Shown here: positions 19,050 to 28,609 of the stretch, one piece after another
Position numbering within the stretch: the first letter of the stretch is position 1
Layout of the letters: every line of letters begins with the position of its first letter
The notes under the pieces: model-generated
The model's input: the letters and a program-made list of their open reading frames with translations, nothing else
The model's database searches: none
Told to the model about the DNA's origin: nothing
Program-made: the position numbers and the translations under genes
Assembly: GCA_036001885.1 (NCBI GenBank)
Contig: DASYTV010000295.1
Coordinates: 3,982 to 67,981, forward strand
Direction of reading: 5' to 3'
DNA: 64,000 bases
DNA from: Actinomycetes bacterium
GTDB taxonomy: Bacteria; Actinomycetota; Actinomycetes; JAKEEW01

Positions 19050-19091
19050 AATAATCATATAGATTATTAAGTGGATCGTGATCATGATCAC
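19050..19091. promoter_or_regulatory. Two AT-rich palindromes upstream of the ABC transporter genes: AATAATC-atata-GATTATT and perfect GTGATCATGATCAC
   Basis: Read directly. The first contains AATCA/GATT half-sites. They lie 50-90 nt upstream of the 19142 start. Confidence 0.45.
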
Positions 19092-19141
19092 AGTCTTCGT
19101 CCCCAGCTGCGGCCGCTACGCAGCCTCCCGAGAGGACCACC

Positions 19142-21901
19142 GTGACTGACGTCCTGCCGTTCATCATCGCGGGCCTCGCCGTCGGATCCGTGTACGCTCT
19201 GGCCGGCTCCGGGCTGGTCCTGACGTTCAAAACCTCGGGGATATTCAACTTCGGGCACGGTGCACTCGCGACGGTGGCCGTCTACGTCTTCTACGTCATG
19301 TACCAAGTGGCAGAGCTGCCTCTTGTGCCGTGCCTGGTCGTCAGTGTCCTCGGCGTCGGTGTGGCGCTCGGCCTGTTGATGGAGCGGCTGGCGCGGCGCT
19401 TGTCGAGGGCCCCCATCGCCCTGCAGACCGCGGCCACCGTCGGCCTGATCCTCATCGCCCAAGCGGGCGCACGGCTCGCCTTCGGTCCAGCTCCCCTGAC
19501 GTTTCCGCACTATCTCCCTGAGGGCACGGTCGAAGGTCTCGGAGTCGTGGTGACCTACGAGCAGGTCGTGACCATGGCGGTCGCCCTGGCCGCCACTTTG
19601 GCACTCGGGGTCTTCTTCAAGAAATCCCGTCTGGGCCTCGCCATGCGGGGTGCCGTCGACGACCCCACTCTGCTCGCGATGACCGGCACATCTCCCGTCG
19701 TGGTGCGTCGCGCCGCGTGGATCGCCGGGTCGATCTTCGTCTGCTTGTCTGGTGTGCTTCTGGCGCCCAGCGTGAACCTCGACTCGATGGTTCTGACCCT
19801 GCTGGTCGTCCAGTCGTTCGGCGCGGCGGCCATCGGGCGCTTCTCGCATATCCCCCTGACCTACGTCGGCGGCCTCGCGATCGGGGTGATCTCCGCGCTG
19901 ATCACCAGATACGTGAGCCAGACCAGCCAGTACTTGGCGGGACTGAGCCAGAGTGTCCCGTTCATCGTGCTCTTCATCGTGCTGATCGTCACTCCGCGGT
20001 CGAAGCTGGTCGACCACCGGACCAGCGCGCCTCGCCCCACCACTGGCTGGCGCGCTCCCGGCAGGGTGCAACTGGTCGGCGCCCTGCTGATGCTCGTCGT
20101 CCTGGCGTCCGGTCCGGTCTGGTTCGGCGCACGACTCCCGTCGTTCACGGTCGCACTCAGCTACGTCCTGCTCTTCCTTTCGTTGGGTCTGCTGGTCAAG
20201 AACTCCAACCAGGTCTCCCTGGCGCACATTGGCTTCGCCGCAACCGGGTGCGTTGCCTTCTCGGTGGCGCGGGTCGAGTGGGGGCTGCCATGGACAGTCG
20301 CCCTGGTTCTGGCCGCGCTCATCACCATCCCCATCGGCGCGTTCATCGCTTTCCCCGCGATCCGGCTCTCGGGAATCTTCCTGGCGCTCGCCACGTTCGC
20401 CTTCGGCCTGATCTTGGAGGTCATGTTCTACAACAGCGAGCTCATGTTCGGCCCGAGCACCGCCGGTCTGCCGATGCCCCGGCCGCAGGTCTTCGGCCTG
20501 GACACCGACGTCGGGTACTACTACCTGGTCCTGACCGTCGTCGTCGTATGCACGCTGTTTGTCGTCGTCCTTCAGCGCATGCGACTCGGCCGCCTGCTAC
20601 GAGGATTGGGGGAGTCTCCCGTCGCCCTCGAGACCAGCGGCGCCTCGGTGCGGCTCACGAAGCTCATCGTGTTCTGCCTCTCGGCCGGGATGGCGGCGAT
20701 AGCAGGCGCACTCTACGGAAGCACGTTCTCCAACGTCGGTGGCCTCTCGTTCCAGTCTTTCAGCTCGCTGACCTTGCTTGTCCTGTTGCTGCTCATGCCG
20801 GGTTCGGAACCCTGGTACGCGGTGCTGGGAGCCTTCTTCCTGGTCGTGCTGCCCACGTTCCTTCCAGGAGGAGAGACGGCGGCTGAGGTCATGACGCTGA
20901 TCTTCGGCGCTTCGATCGTCGTGGCGGGTCTTCAACAGGGGCGGCACCCCACCCTCCCGGCGCGGCTGACGGCGTTTCTGGACCGCGTCGGCGGTCGGAC
21001 GCCGCGTGAGCAACCGAGTGGGGCCAAGGAGAACGCCGCTCCTGTCGACGAGCGCACCCTGCAGGTCCCGAGCCGAGCATCCCAAAGCGATCAGTCCGGC
21101 GGCGCCGGTCTGGGCGTCCGAGACCTGAAGGTCCGCTTCGGTGGTCACCTGGCGGTCGACGACGTCAGCCTCGAGGCGCCGATGGGAAGGATCACCGGAC
21201 TGATCGGACCCAATGGAGCGGGGAAGACAACGACCTTCAACGTGTGCTCCGGTCTCCTGAAGCCGACTGCCGGTCGGGTCTTCCTCAAGGGAGAGGACAT
21301 CTCGTCCCGGCGGCCGGCCGCCCGGGCCGGTCGGGGACTGGGCCGCACGTTCCAGCGCATGCAGCTGTTTGACAGCATGACCGTTGCCGAGAACATCTCG
21401 CTTGGGCGTGAGGCCGGGCTGGCAGGTGCCGGCTTTCTCACCCAGATCCTCGGCAGGCCCCACGACCGCTCAGCGCTTGCCGCGGCGGCGACGGACGCCA
21501 TGCGGCTCTGCGGCATCAGCCACCTGGCGGACGCCCTGGCCGGTCAGCTCTCGACAGGGCAGCGGCGCATGGTGGAGCTCGCGCGTGCGCTCGCGGGGTC
21601 CTTCGACGTCCTCCTGCTCGACGAGCCGTCGTCGGGGTTGGACCGGGCGGAGACCGAGCTGTTCGGACGAGTGTTGCTTCGGGTCGTGCATGAGCGCGGC
21701 ACGGCGATTCTGCTGGTCGAGCACGACATGACCCTGGTCATGGACATCTGCGACTACGTCTACGTCCTCGACTTCGGGCAGCTGGTCTTCCAGGGCACGT
21801 CGTCCGAAGTGGCAGCCAGCGACACGGTACGGGCCGCTTACCTCGGCTCGGAGGAGATCGAACCCGCACCGGCGTCGGTCGTCCAAGGAGTGCGGCCATG
21901 A
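19142..21901 (+). CDS. Branched-chain-amino-acid-type (Liv) ABC transporter, triple fusion LivH permease + LivM permease + LivG ATPase (919 aa)
   Basis: N-terminal LivH-like TM domain. Central LivM-like TM domain (..IGFAATGCVAFS.. to ..LTLLVLLLLMPG..). C-terminal ABC ATPase with Walker A GLIGPNGAGKTT, LSTGQRR signature and Walker B LLLDEPSSGL. Confidence 0.85.
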   Translation: MTDVLPFIIAGLAVGSVYALAGSGLVLTFKTSGIFNFGHGALATVAVYVFYVMYQVAELPLVPCLVVSVLGVGVALGLLMERLARRLSRAPIALQTAATVGLILIAQAGARLAFGPAPLTFPHYLPEGTVEGLGVVVTYEQVVTMAVALAATLALGVFFKKSRLGLAMRGAVDDPTLLAMTGTSPVVVRRAAWIAGSIFVCLSGVLLAPSVNLDSMVLTLLVVQSFGAAAIGRFSHIPLTYVGGLAIGVISALITRYVSQTSQYLAGLSQSVPFIVLFIVLIVTPRSKLVDHRTSAPRPTTGWRAPGRVQLVGALLMLVVLASGPVWFGARLPSFTVALSYVLLFLSLGLLVKNSNQVSLAHIGFAATGCVAFSVARVEWGLPWTVALVLAALITIPIGAFIAFPAIRLSGIFLALATFAFGLILEVMFYNSELMFGPSTAGLPMPRPQVFGLDTDVGYYYLVLTVVVVCTLFVVVLQRMRLGRLLRGLGESPVALETSGASVRLTKLIVFCLSAGMAAIAGALYGSTFSNVGGLSFQSFSSLTLLVLLLLMPGSEPWYAVLGAFFLVVLPTFLPGGETAAEVMTLIFGASIVVAGLQQGRHPTLPARLTAFLDRVGGRTPREQPSGAKENAAPVDERTLQVPSRASQSDQSGGAGLGVRDLKVRFGGHLAVDDVSLEAPMGRITGLIGPNGAGKTTTFNVCSGLLKPTAGRVFLKGEDISSRRPAARAGRGLGRTFQRMQLFDSMTVAENISLGREAGLAGAGFLTQILGRPHDRSALAAAATDAMRLCGISHLADALAGQLSTGQRRMVELARALAGSFDVLLLDEPSSGLDRAETELFGRVLLRVVHERGTAILLVEHDMTLVMDICDYVYVLDFGQLVFQGTSSEVAASDTVRAAYLGSEEIEPAPASVVQGVRP

Positions 21902-22596
21902 CCGACTTCGCATTGCGCCTGGACGCTGTCACAGGAGGTTACGGAGACACCACCGTCCTGCGCGACGTCTCCCTCGACGTGAAGAAAGGTACGGTCGTCG
22001 CCCTGCTCGGTCCCAACGGCGCGGGAAAGTCGACGCTGCTCAAGATGATCTCCGGAGTGATCACGCCGAAACGAGGTCGGATTCTTCTCGGAGACTCCGA
22101 CGTCACTCGTCACAGTGTTCACCACCGAGCTTCCCAGGGCTTGTGCCATATCCCCGATGGGGGAGGCATCTTCCCTTCGCTGACCGTGAAGGAAAACCTC
22201 GTCCTGGCCAGCCCCAAGGGCATGGAGCGGGAGGCCATCGAGAGGGCAACGAACGCATTCCCGGCCCTGGGCCAAAGACTCGGCCAGGTCGCGGGCAACC
22301 TCAGTGGTGGACAGCAACAGATGCTCGCGGTCGTCAGGTCCTACCTCAGCTCCGCGGACCTCATCTTGATCGACGAGGTGTCGATGGGGCTCGCGCCGAT
22401 GGTGGTCGACGAGATCTTCGCCTTCATCAGCGACCTGTCGGCGCGCGGCACGAGCATGCTGCTGGTCGAGCAGTACGTCACGCGCGTTCTGGCCATCGCA
22501 TCACACGTCTACATGCTCAATCAGGGTTCGGTGACCTTGAGCTCCTCAGCGGAGGAGGTTCGCCGAAGTGACCTCTTCGAGCACTACATGTCATAA
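21898..22596 (+). CDS. livF: Liv-type ABC transporter ATP-binding protein (LivF-like)
   Basis: Walker A LLGPNGAGKST, LSGGQQQM signature, ILIDEVSMGL. Confidence 0.9.
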   Translation: MTDFALRLDAVTGGYGDTTVLRDVSLDVKKGTVVALLGPNGAGKSTLLKMISGVITPKRGRILLGDSDVTRHSVHHRASQGLCHIPDGGGIFPSLTVKENLVLASPKGMEREAIERATNAFPALGQRLGQVAGNLSGGQQQMLAVVRSYLSSADLILIDEVSMGLAPMVVDEIFAFISDLSARGTSMLLVEQYVTRVLAIASHVYMLNQGSVTLSSSAEEVRRSDLFEHYMS

Positions 22597-22687
22597 GGCG
22601 CCGTACCCGCAGGTTCAGGGTCGACTCCGCAAGCCCAAAGCCGTGAGCCCAGGAATATCGAGTAAACATCAACCAGAGGAGATGCAC

Positions 22688-23887
22688 ATGATCGGCTTCC
22701 ACCGTGCGCGAGTGCGAGGAACGGTTGGACTGGCGCTCGCGGGCTTGGTGCTCGCCACGATGGCGGCCTGCAGCAAGGACCAGCCCCTCACCAAGTCCAC
22801 CGCGACAGGCACACCCGTCAAAATCGGCGTCATCGTCAGTCTTTCCGGCAAGCCCCTTCCGGCTACGGCGGCCGCCGAGGGCCTCAAGGCGTGGGCAACG
22901 ACGGTCAACGGCAAAGGCGGCCTGCAAGGCCACCCGGTGGAAATCGTCGTCAGAGACGACGGAAACGACCCCACGAAATCTCTCACGGCCGTCAAGGAGC
23001 TCGTGGAGAAGGACGGCGTGGTTGCCATCAGCTCATGGACCGGCGTCGAGACGAGCTGGGCCGACTACGTCGAGAAGCAGCACATCCCGGTCGTCGGCGG
23101 GCAGAACTACGCGCCCGTGTGGCAGGCGAACCCCGTGTTCTTCCCCGTGCAGTCGACACTGGGGACAGCGATGACTTCGCAACCGTTGATGGCAAAGAAC
23201 GCCGGCGCGCGCTCGATCGGCTCCTACTACACGGCGGACGTCGCCAACGCCGTCGAGGCGGTCAAGGCAATCGACGGCATTGCGAGCTCTCTTGGCCTGC
23301 ACGCGACGTTCAATGCGGCGATCAGCTCGAGCCAGCCGAGCTTCATCGCGCCGTGCCTCGCCGCCAAGAAGGCCGGAGTTGACGCGATGATGATCGCGGG
23401 CGTGCCCGTGGAGCGGATCACGCCGAGCTGTGCCCAACAGGGCTTCAAGCCGATGTGGATCCTGCCTGGTGAGGTCGTGACCTCGCAGGTCCTGAAGACG
23501 CCCCAGCTCGGGGACGTCCTGGCGCCACAGATGGCCTTTCCGTTCTTCATCCAGGACTCCGCCACCAAGGACTACCGATCGGCGATGGAAACCAACTACC
23601 GCGGACCCAAAGACGAGAAGTTCAGCCCACTGACCTCGTCTGCCTGGATGACGGGGCTGGTTTACCGGCAGGCGTTCGACAACATCGGAGCCAAGACGTC
23701 GGTGACGTCCGCGGACGTTCTCGACGGGCTGTACCAGGTGAAGAACTTCACCGGTGGCGGACTGCTCCCTGGCCTCACCTACACGAAGGGCCAGGCGAAG
23801 CGGACCGTGGACTGCTTCTGGGAGACCAGAGTGCACGATGGCAAGTGGGTCGCCGTCAATGGGCTGAAGACGACCTGTATCTCCTGA
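22688..23887 (+). CDS. ABC transporter substrate-binding lipoprotein (LivK/type-I periplasmic-binding fold)
   Basis: Signal peptide with lipobox LATMAAC. ..IGVIVSLSGKPLPATAA..VEIVVRDDGNDP.. is typical of Leu/Ile/Val-binding-family SBPs. The aggag RBS sits 6 nt upstream of the chosen ATG. Confidence 0.85.
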   Translation: MIGFHRARVRGTVGLALAGLVLATMAACSKDQPLTKSTATGTPVKIGVIVSLSGKPLPATAAAEGLKAWATTVNGKGGLQGHPVEIVVRDDGNDPTKSLTAVKELVEKDGVVAISSWTGVETSWADYVEKQHIPVVGGQNYAPVWQANPVFFPVQSTLGTAMTSQPLMAKNAGARSIGSYYTADVANAVEAVKAIDGIASSLGLHATFNAAISSSQPSFIAPCLAAKKAGVDAMMIAGVPVERITPSCAQQGFKPMWILPGEVVTSQVLKTPQLGDVLAPQMAFPFFIQDSATKDYRSAMETNYRGPKDEKFSPLTSSAWMTGLVYRQAFDNIGAKTSVTSADVLDGLYQVKNFTGGGLLPGLTYTKGQAKRTVDCFWETRVHDGKWVAVNGLKTTCIS

Positions 23888-23898
23888 GCGCCCAGTTC

Positions 23899-23940
23899 GA
23901 AGCGGTCGGGTCCAGGTGCATTCCTGGACCCGACCGCTTC
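23899..23940. terminator. Bidirectional intrinsic-terminator-like hairpin: perfect 18-bp stem GAAGCGGTCGGGTCCAGG / CCTGGACCCGACCGCTTC with 6-nt loop
   Basis: Read directly. It lies between the convergent stops of the SBP gene (23887) and the thioesterase gene (23963). Confidence 0.75.
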
Positions 23941-23962
23941 TCGCGCTGAGCCGCTCGAGGGA

Positions 23963-24445
23963 TCAGCCGGCCCGATCGAGGCCGCTGCCGGCCGCACCGT
24001 CGACGGGGACGGTCACGAGTGCGGACAGTGCCCCGAGCAGGCTGTGCGGGATTGCCGTCGGTCTCCGTGAGGCCCGGTCGACGTACACGTGGACGAAGTG
24101 GCCGGAAGCCGCGGGCCGGCCAGAACCCGCGGCATAGAGCACGATCTCGTACCGGACGCTGGATCGCCCAACGTGTCCCACGCGTAGCCCCGCCAGGACC
24201 TTGTCGGGGAAGCTCAACGGTGCCGCGAAGGTGCACTGTGACTCGACGCAGAGGCCGATCATCTGGCCGTCCCGCGGGTCGAGGCCGCCTTCGGTCACCA
24301 GCCAGGTCGTCACGGCCGTGTCGAAGAACGAGTAGTACTGGACGTTGTTGACGTGGCCGTGCATGTCGTTGTCCATCCACCTGGTGGTGATGGTGTCCCA
24401 GTGCGGGTACGCCGCGTCCGGAGGGGTGTTCATTTTCACCGTCAT
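23963..24445 (-). CDS. Hotdog-fold acyl-CoA thioesterase (4HBT/YbgC-like)
   Basis: ..WDTITTRWMDNDMHGHVNNVQYYSFFDTAV.. is the 4HBT active-site region. The ATG overlaps the upstream ALDH stop (ATGA). Confidence 0.8.
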   Translation of the reverse strand: MTVKMNTPPDAAYPHWDTITTRWMDNDMHGHVNNVQYYSFFDTAVTTWLVTEGGLDPRDGQMIGLCVESQCTFAAPLSFPDKVLAGLRVGHVGRSSVRYEIVLYAAGSGRPAASGHFVHVYVDRASRRPTAIPHSLLGALSALVTVPVDGAAGSGLDRAG

Positions 24446-25887
24446 CGGGCTCGCCTGCGAATGGCTACGGTTTTGGTCTTGCGGTAGAAGTCCAGACCGG
24501 CCAGGCCCTGCTCCTTGTGCCCGGTCCCCGAGTCTTTGAACCCGCCGAAGGGCATGTGGACGTCCCAACCGGACGTCGGAAGGTTCACCGCGACCTGGCC
24601 CACGTCGGCCCGAGCAGCAAAGGTGTGCGCCGCGTCGAGGTCGGAGGTGTACAGGGCCGCGGCAAGCGCGTATTTCGACGCGTTGAGCAGGTGGATCGCC
24701 TCGTCGAGGGTGTCGAAGGCCACCAGGGCCACGACCGGGCCGAAGACCTCCTCGGTCCAGATCTCCATGCTGGGATCGACGCCGGTCAGGACCGTCGGAG
24801 TGACGAAGCAACCGTGGTCGTGGGGAGCTTCGGCCGGTGCGGTTGCTCGCACGGCTCCGTTGGCGATGGCGCGCTCGATGAACCCTTTCACCGACTCGCG
24901 CTGGGCGGGCGACACCAGCGGACCCATGGAGATCCCGGGATCCAGACCGGATCCGAGCACATGCCGCTGGGCGGCCCGGACCAGCCCGTCGCGCACCTGG
25001 TCCAGCACGTCGCGCTGGACGAGCACCCGGCTCGTGGCAGTACAGCGCTGACCGGCCTGAGCGAAGGCGGCCGCGGCGATGCTCGCGACGGACTGCTCGA
25101 GGTCGGCGTCTGCCAGTACGATGGCGGCGTTCTTGCCACCTAGCTCCGCCAAGAGATGAACGTTCCGCTCCGCGAGCGATGCCTTCAGTGAGTACCCGAC
25201 ATCGTTCGATCCGGTGAAGCTGACGGCCTTCAAGGCGGGGTGTGCGACGAGGGCGCGGGCGATTCTGCTGCCCACCCCGGTGACGGTGTTCAGTACGCCG
25301 GGCGGTAGGCCCGCATCGTGCAACACGCGTGCCAACTCGATCGCGATGACTGGGGTGTAGGAGGCGGGCTTGAGGACGACACTGTTTCCGGCGATCAGCG
25401 CGGGAGCGACCTTCCGTGCCGGCGTCAGCAAGGGGTCGTTCCACGGGGTGATGGCGAGAACCACGCCCAGTGGTTCATGCACGGTCCATGAGATCACTTC
25501 GGGGTTCTCGTGGGGGAGCACGATGCCACGCTCGGAGCGGCCGAGACCGCCGTAGAACTCGAGGAAGTCGGCCGCCTTGGCTACCTCTGCGTTGGCCTCG
25601 CCGAGTGTCTTGCCCATTTCCCGGGTGAGCGTCCGGCTCAGCTCACTGTGGCGGTCACGCATGAGCTGGGCCGCGCGCAGCAGGACGCGTCCGCGGTCGA
25701 TCTGGCTCGTGTCACGCCAGATGGCGGCGGCTCGCTCTGCCGCCTCGAATGCGGCGTGGACGGCGCGCGCGTCCATGCTGGGGACCGTCGCCACGAGGTC
25801 GCGGGTGTCTGCGGGGTTGCGAACCTCGAGGCTCTCGGTGCCGGACAGCCACTCGCCGTCCACGAGGTTGAGGACGGACGGAAGCAT
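24442..25887 (-). CDS. Aldehyde dehydrogenase family protein
   Basis: ..ELGGKNAAIVLADADL.. and ..FAQAGQRCTATSRVLV.. supply the catalytic Glu and Cys motifs. Start placed at MLPSVLNLVDGEW; the upstream in-frame extension looks non-coding. Confidence 0.85.
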   Translation of the reverse strand: MLPSVLNLVDGEWLSGTESLEVRNPADTRDLVATVPSMDARAVHAAFEAAERAAAIWRDTSQIDRGRVLLRAAQLMRDRHSELSRTLTREMGKTLGEANAEVAKAADFLEFYGGLGRSERGIVLPHENPEVISWTVHEPLGVVLAITPWNDPLLTPARKVAPALIAGNSVVLKPASYTPVIAIELARVLHDAGLPPGVLNTVTGVGSRIARALVAHPALKAVSFTGSNDVGYSLKASLAERNVHLLAELGGKNAAIVLADADLEQSVASIAAAAFAQAGQRCTATSRVLVQRDVLDQVRDGLVRAAQRHVLGSGLDPGISMGPLVSPAQRESVKGFIERAIANGAVRATAPAEAPHDHGCFVTPTVLTGVDPSMEIWTEEVFGPVVALVAFDTLDEAIHLLNASKYALAAALYTSDLDAAHTFAARADVGQVAVNLPTSGWDVHMPFGGFKDSGTGHKEQGLAGLDFYRKTKTVAIRRRAR

Positions 25888-25895
25888 GGATGTAG

Positions 25896-27200
25896 TCACA
25901 AGGGGGCCTCGCTGACGATGTCGTGTCGGGAGTAGTCGTGCCATGCGGCGTACGGCTCGCCCGCGTGAAGGCGTTCGAGCAATGCGAGGACGCCCGCCGC
26001 GTCGATGGGGACCGGATGGTTCGGGCGGGGGTAGCTGTCGACGCAATCCGCTGCCATGGCGGCCAGCTCGTTGCGGTCGACGCCCAGTTCCGCCAGTGAA
26101 GTCGGAATGCGCATCCGCTGGCTGTGCTCAACGATCCAGCGGACGAACAGTTCGGCATCGGGCTCACCGCAGACGATCGCGGCCATGTCCGCGATCTGGC
26201 CCTCGCACAGGGGTCGTACATGGGCGAGGCAGTACGGGAGTGCCATGGCTACGGAAGCGCCATGCGGCAAGCCGGTGCGGGCGGCGATCGCGTAGGCGAG
26301 CGAATGGCCGAGCACCACCGAGGCGTTGAGCGCGAGACCAGCGTGGTACGCACCGAGCGCCGTACCGCAGCGGGATTCCAGATCACCCACCGCATAGGCA
26401 GCGGGCAAAGACCTCGACAGCAATGTGAGAGCCTCACGCGCAGCGGCAACCGTGAGCGGGGTCCGGAAGGTCGAAATGAGGGACTCTGCCGCATGACCGA
26501 TCGCGTCGAACCCACCTGAGGCGGTCACCGACGGCGGCAGTCCCAGCAACAGCTCGGGGTCGATCAGCACTATCCGCGGAACCAGATGCGGATGGACGAA
26601 CATCCGTTTCTGGTTGCCATGCCACAGCATGGCGACTGCCGTGGCCTCGGCGCCGGTGCCTGCCGTGGTCGGTACGGCGACGATCGGTGGCCCGGGCGAG
26701 ATGTCGGCAGTCGAGGACAGGCCGGCGGTGAGGTCGAGCGGGTTGGTGAGCGCGATGGACGCGAGCTTGGCAGTGTCGAGGGCGCTGCCGCCGCCTACCG
26801 CGACGACCGCGGCAATCTCGTTCACACTGTCGGGCAGCAGCGTACGAACAGTCTCCGGCGTCGGTTCGGCGGCGACGCCTGGGCCGCTCAGCACCGTGAA
26901 GCCGGCGCCTTGCAGCGAGTACCACGCCGGCCGGTGAAGCCCCAGCTGCATCACGACGTCATCGACGACCAACAGAACGGCACCGTGAGCGGGCGATATC
27001 CCCAGTGCGTGGAGTTCTGTGGCGCAGCCGGCCGAGGACCCCTTGCCGGCCAGCACTCGACTGGGCCCGGCGAACGGCCTCGTGGGAGCGGAGCAGAGCG
27101 AGCACATCGGTTGGCTGCTTCCTCTCGGGTATCTCGCGAGAAAACTGTGCGATCCAGGCCTCGCTTCTAGCGACGATCTGAGGTATGAATACGTAACCAC
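25896..27200 (-). CDS. Iron-containing (group III) alcohol dehydrogenase
   Basis: ..VAVGGGSALDTAK.. and ..GGFDAIGHAAESL..HGASVAMALPY.. are metal/NAD-binding motifs. The true start may be the internal Met at 27107 (MCSLCSAPTRPFAG..). Confidence 0.8.
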   Translation of the reverse strand: MVTYSYLRSSLEARPGSHSFLARYPRGSSQPMCSLCSAPTRPFAGPSRVLAGKGSSAGCATELHALGISPAHGAVLLVVDDVVMQLGLHRPAWYSLQGAGFTVLSGPGVAAEPTPETVRTLLPDSVNEIAAVVAVGGGSALDTAKLASIALTNPLDLTAGLSSTADISPGPPIVAVPTTAGTGAEATAVAMLWHGNQKRMFVHPHLVPRIVLIDPELLLGLPPSVTASGGFDAIGHAAESLISTFRTPLTVAAAREALTLLSRSLPAAYAVGDLESRCGTALGAYHAGLALNASVVLGHSLAYAIAARTGLPHGASVAMALPYCLAHVRPLCEGQIADMAAIVCGEPDAELFVRWIVEHSQRMRIPTSLAELGVDRNELAAMAADCVDSYPRPNHPVPIDAAGVLALLERLHAGEPYAAWHDYSRHDIVSEAPL

Positions 27201-27253
27201 GACTTCTCCGGCAGGTCAATCGCTCATCTGCGCGGACAGACAGAGGGGCAGGC

Positions 27254-28609
27254 ATGGACGACACGCGAACACAGCTGCTCGACATGATCGTCGCCCCCGA
27301 CTCGGCGTACGACCAGCCGTGGGGTGAGCTGGCATCGGCGCGCCTCAAGGCAGCCGACGAGCTGTTTCAGCAGCGACGCGAGCAGATACCGCTGCTGGCG
27401 AAGCGTGCCGAGGACGCCGGCGTCGCGAAGATCCGTGACTTCGACGATCTGGTGCCGCTCCTGTTCGCACACACCGTCTACAAGTCCTACCCGCAGTCCT
27501 TCTACGAGCGGGGCCGCTGGGACCGGATGTTGCAGTGGTTGAACACCCTTTCGGTGAACGACGTGACCGACGTCGACGTCGCGGGCGTGACCGACGTGGA
27601 CGAGTGGCTCGACCGGCTCTGGGCCGCCGGGCATGCGGTCATCGCCACCAGTGGTTCGAGCGGGAAGTGTTCCTTCCTGAACCACACCATGGGCGATCGG
27701 GCCAGGAAGACCCGCCACTTCAAGTACTCGTCCGGCTGGCCCTTCGCCCATGCCGACGGCGATCATGCCTACTTCTGGCTCGGCCCCTCGTCCGGGCGGA
27801 CCAGTGCCGTCGAGGCGTTCGTCGCGAACTCGGAGAACTGGGGCCGCCCGGGCGAGATCTTCGCGCTGTCCGACGAGCCACTGCTGATCTCAGACGTGAG
27901 CGAGACGGCAGCCTTTCGCGCCAAGATGGCCGGCGGTACGGCGACCCCGGACGAGATCGCAGACATGGAACGACGAGGTGCCGCGAAGGCCCAACGTGTC
28001 AGAGCCGATCTCCTCACGTTCACCGAGCAGATAGTCGGTTTCCGGCACCGACCGATCTTCCTGAGCGGCATGTGGAGTCAACACATGATGATCATCGAGC
28101 GCGCCCGGGAGCTCGGCGTCGGGGACGGCGAATTTCATCCAGACAGCGTCATCGGCGCGGGCGGCGGTGTGAAGGGCGTCACTCTGCCGCCGGACTACCA
28201 GGACCACATCGGCCGCTTCTACGGGGACGTCGTCAGGTTCGCGGTCTACGGAATGACGGAGCTCGCCCAGCCCCTACCGCGTTGTGAGGCCGATCGCTAT
28301 CACGCCGCCCCAGGCCTCATCATGCTGCCGCTGGACGACAGCGGTGAGCGGCTCCTTACGCCGGCGGACTCGACCGACGGACTGGTGCAGGCGCGCTTCG
28401 GGTTCCTCGACCTGGCCTACGACGGCCGGTGGGGCGGGCTGATCACCGGGGACCAAGTCACGGTCGACTTCTCGGAGAAGTGTCCGTGCGGAAGGTTCGG
28501 TCCGACTCTCCTCGACAACATCGGGCGCTTCGCCCAGGCCGGGCAGAGCGACCACATCGGGTGCGCGGGAACCATCGACGCCTATATCAGGGGAGTGACA
28601 GGAGCATGA
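27254..28609 (+). CDS. LuxE-family acyl-protein synthetase (adenylate-forming)
   Basis: ..AVIATSGSSGKCSF.., ..VIGAGGGVKG.. and the C-terminal ..FLDLAYDGRWGGLITGDQV.. parallel the TSSGTNGLKS, ITGGGWK and C-terminal blocks I recall from Vibrio LuxE. Stop overlaps the next start (ATGA). Confidence 0.75.
   Translation: MDDTRTQLLDMIVAPDSAYDQPWGELASARLKAADELFQQRREQIPLLAKRAEDAGVAKIRDFDDLVPLLFAHTVYKSYPQSFYERGRWDRMLQWLNTLSVNDVTDVDVAGVTDVDEWLDRLWAAGHAVIATSGSSGKCSFLNHTMGDRARKTRHFKYSSGWPFAHADGDHAYFWLGPSSGRTSAVEAFVANSENWGRPGEIFALSDEPLLISDVSETAAFRAKMAGGTATPDEIADMERRGAAKAQRVRADLLTFTEQIVGFRHRPIFLSGMWSQHMMIIERARELGVGDGEFHPDSVIGAGGGVKGVTLPPDYQDHIGRFYGDVVRFAVYGMTELAQPLPRCEADRYHAAPGLIMLPLDDSGERLLTPADSTDGLVQARFGFLDLAYDGRWGGLITGDQVTVDFSEKCPCGRFGPTLLDNIGRFAQAGQSDHIGCAGTIDAYIRGVTGA

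Noticed and set aside
18085-19062. 325-aa plus-strand ORF overlapping the SDR gene in another frame
   Set aside because: Arg/Gly-rich junk translation. The SDR frame 18248-18991 has the canonical motifs.
19088-20227. 379-aa minus-strand ORF
   Set aside because: Antisense to the LivH-LivM-LivG fusion gene. Charged, Arg/Asp-rich low-complexity translation.
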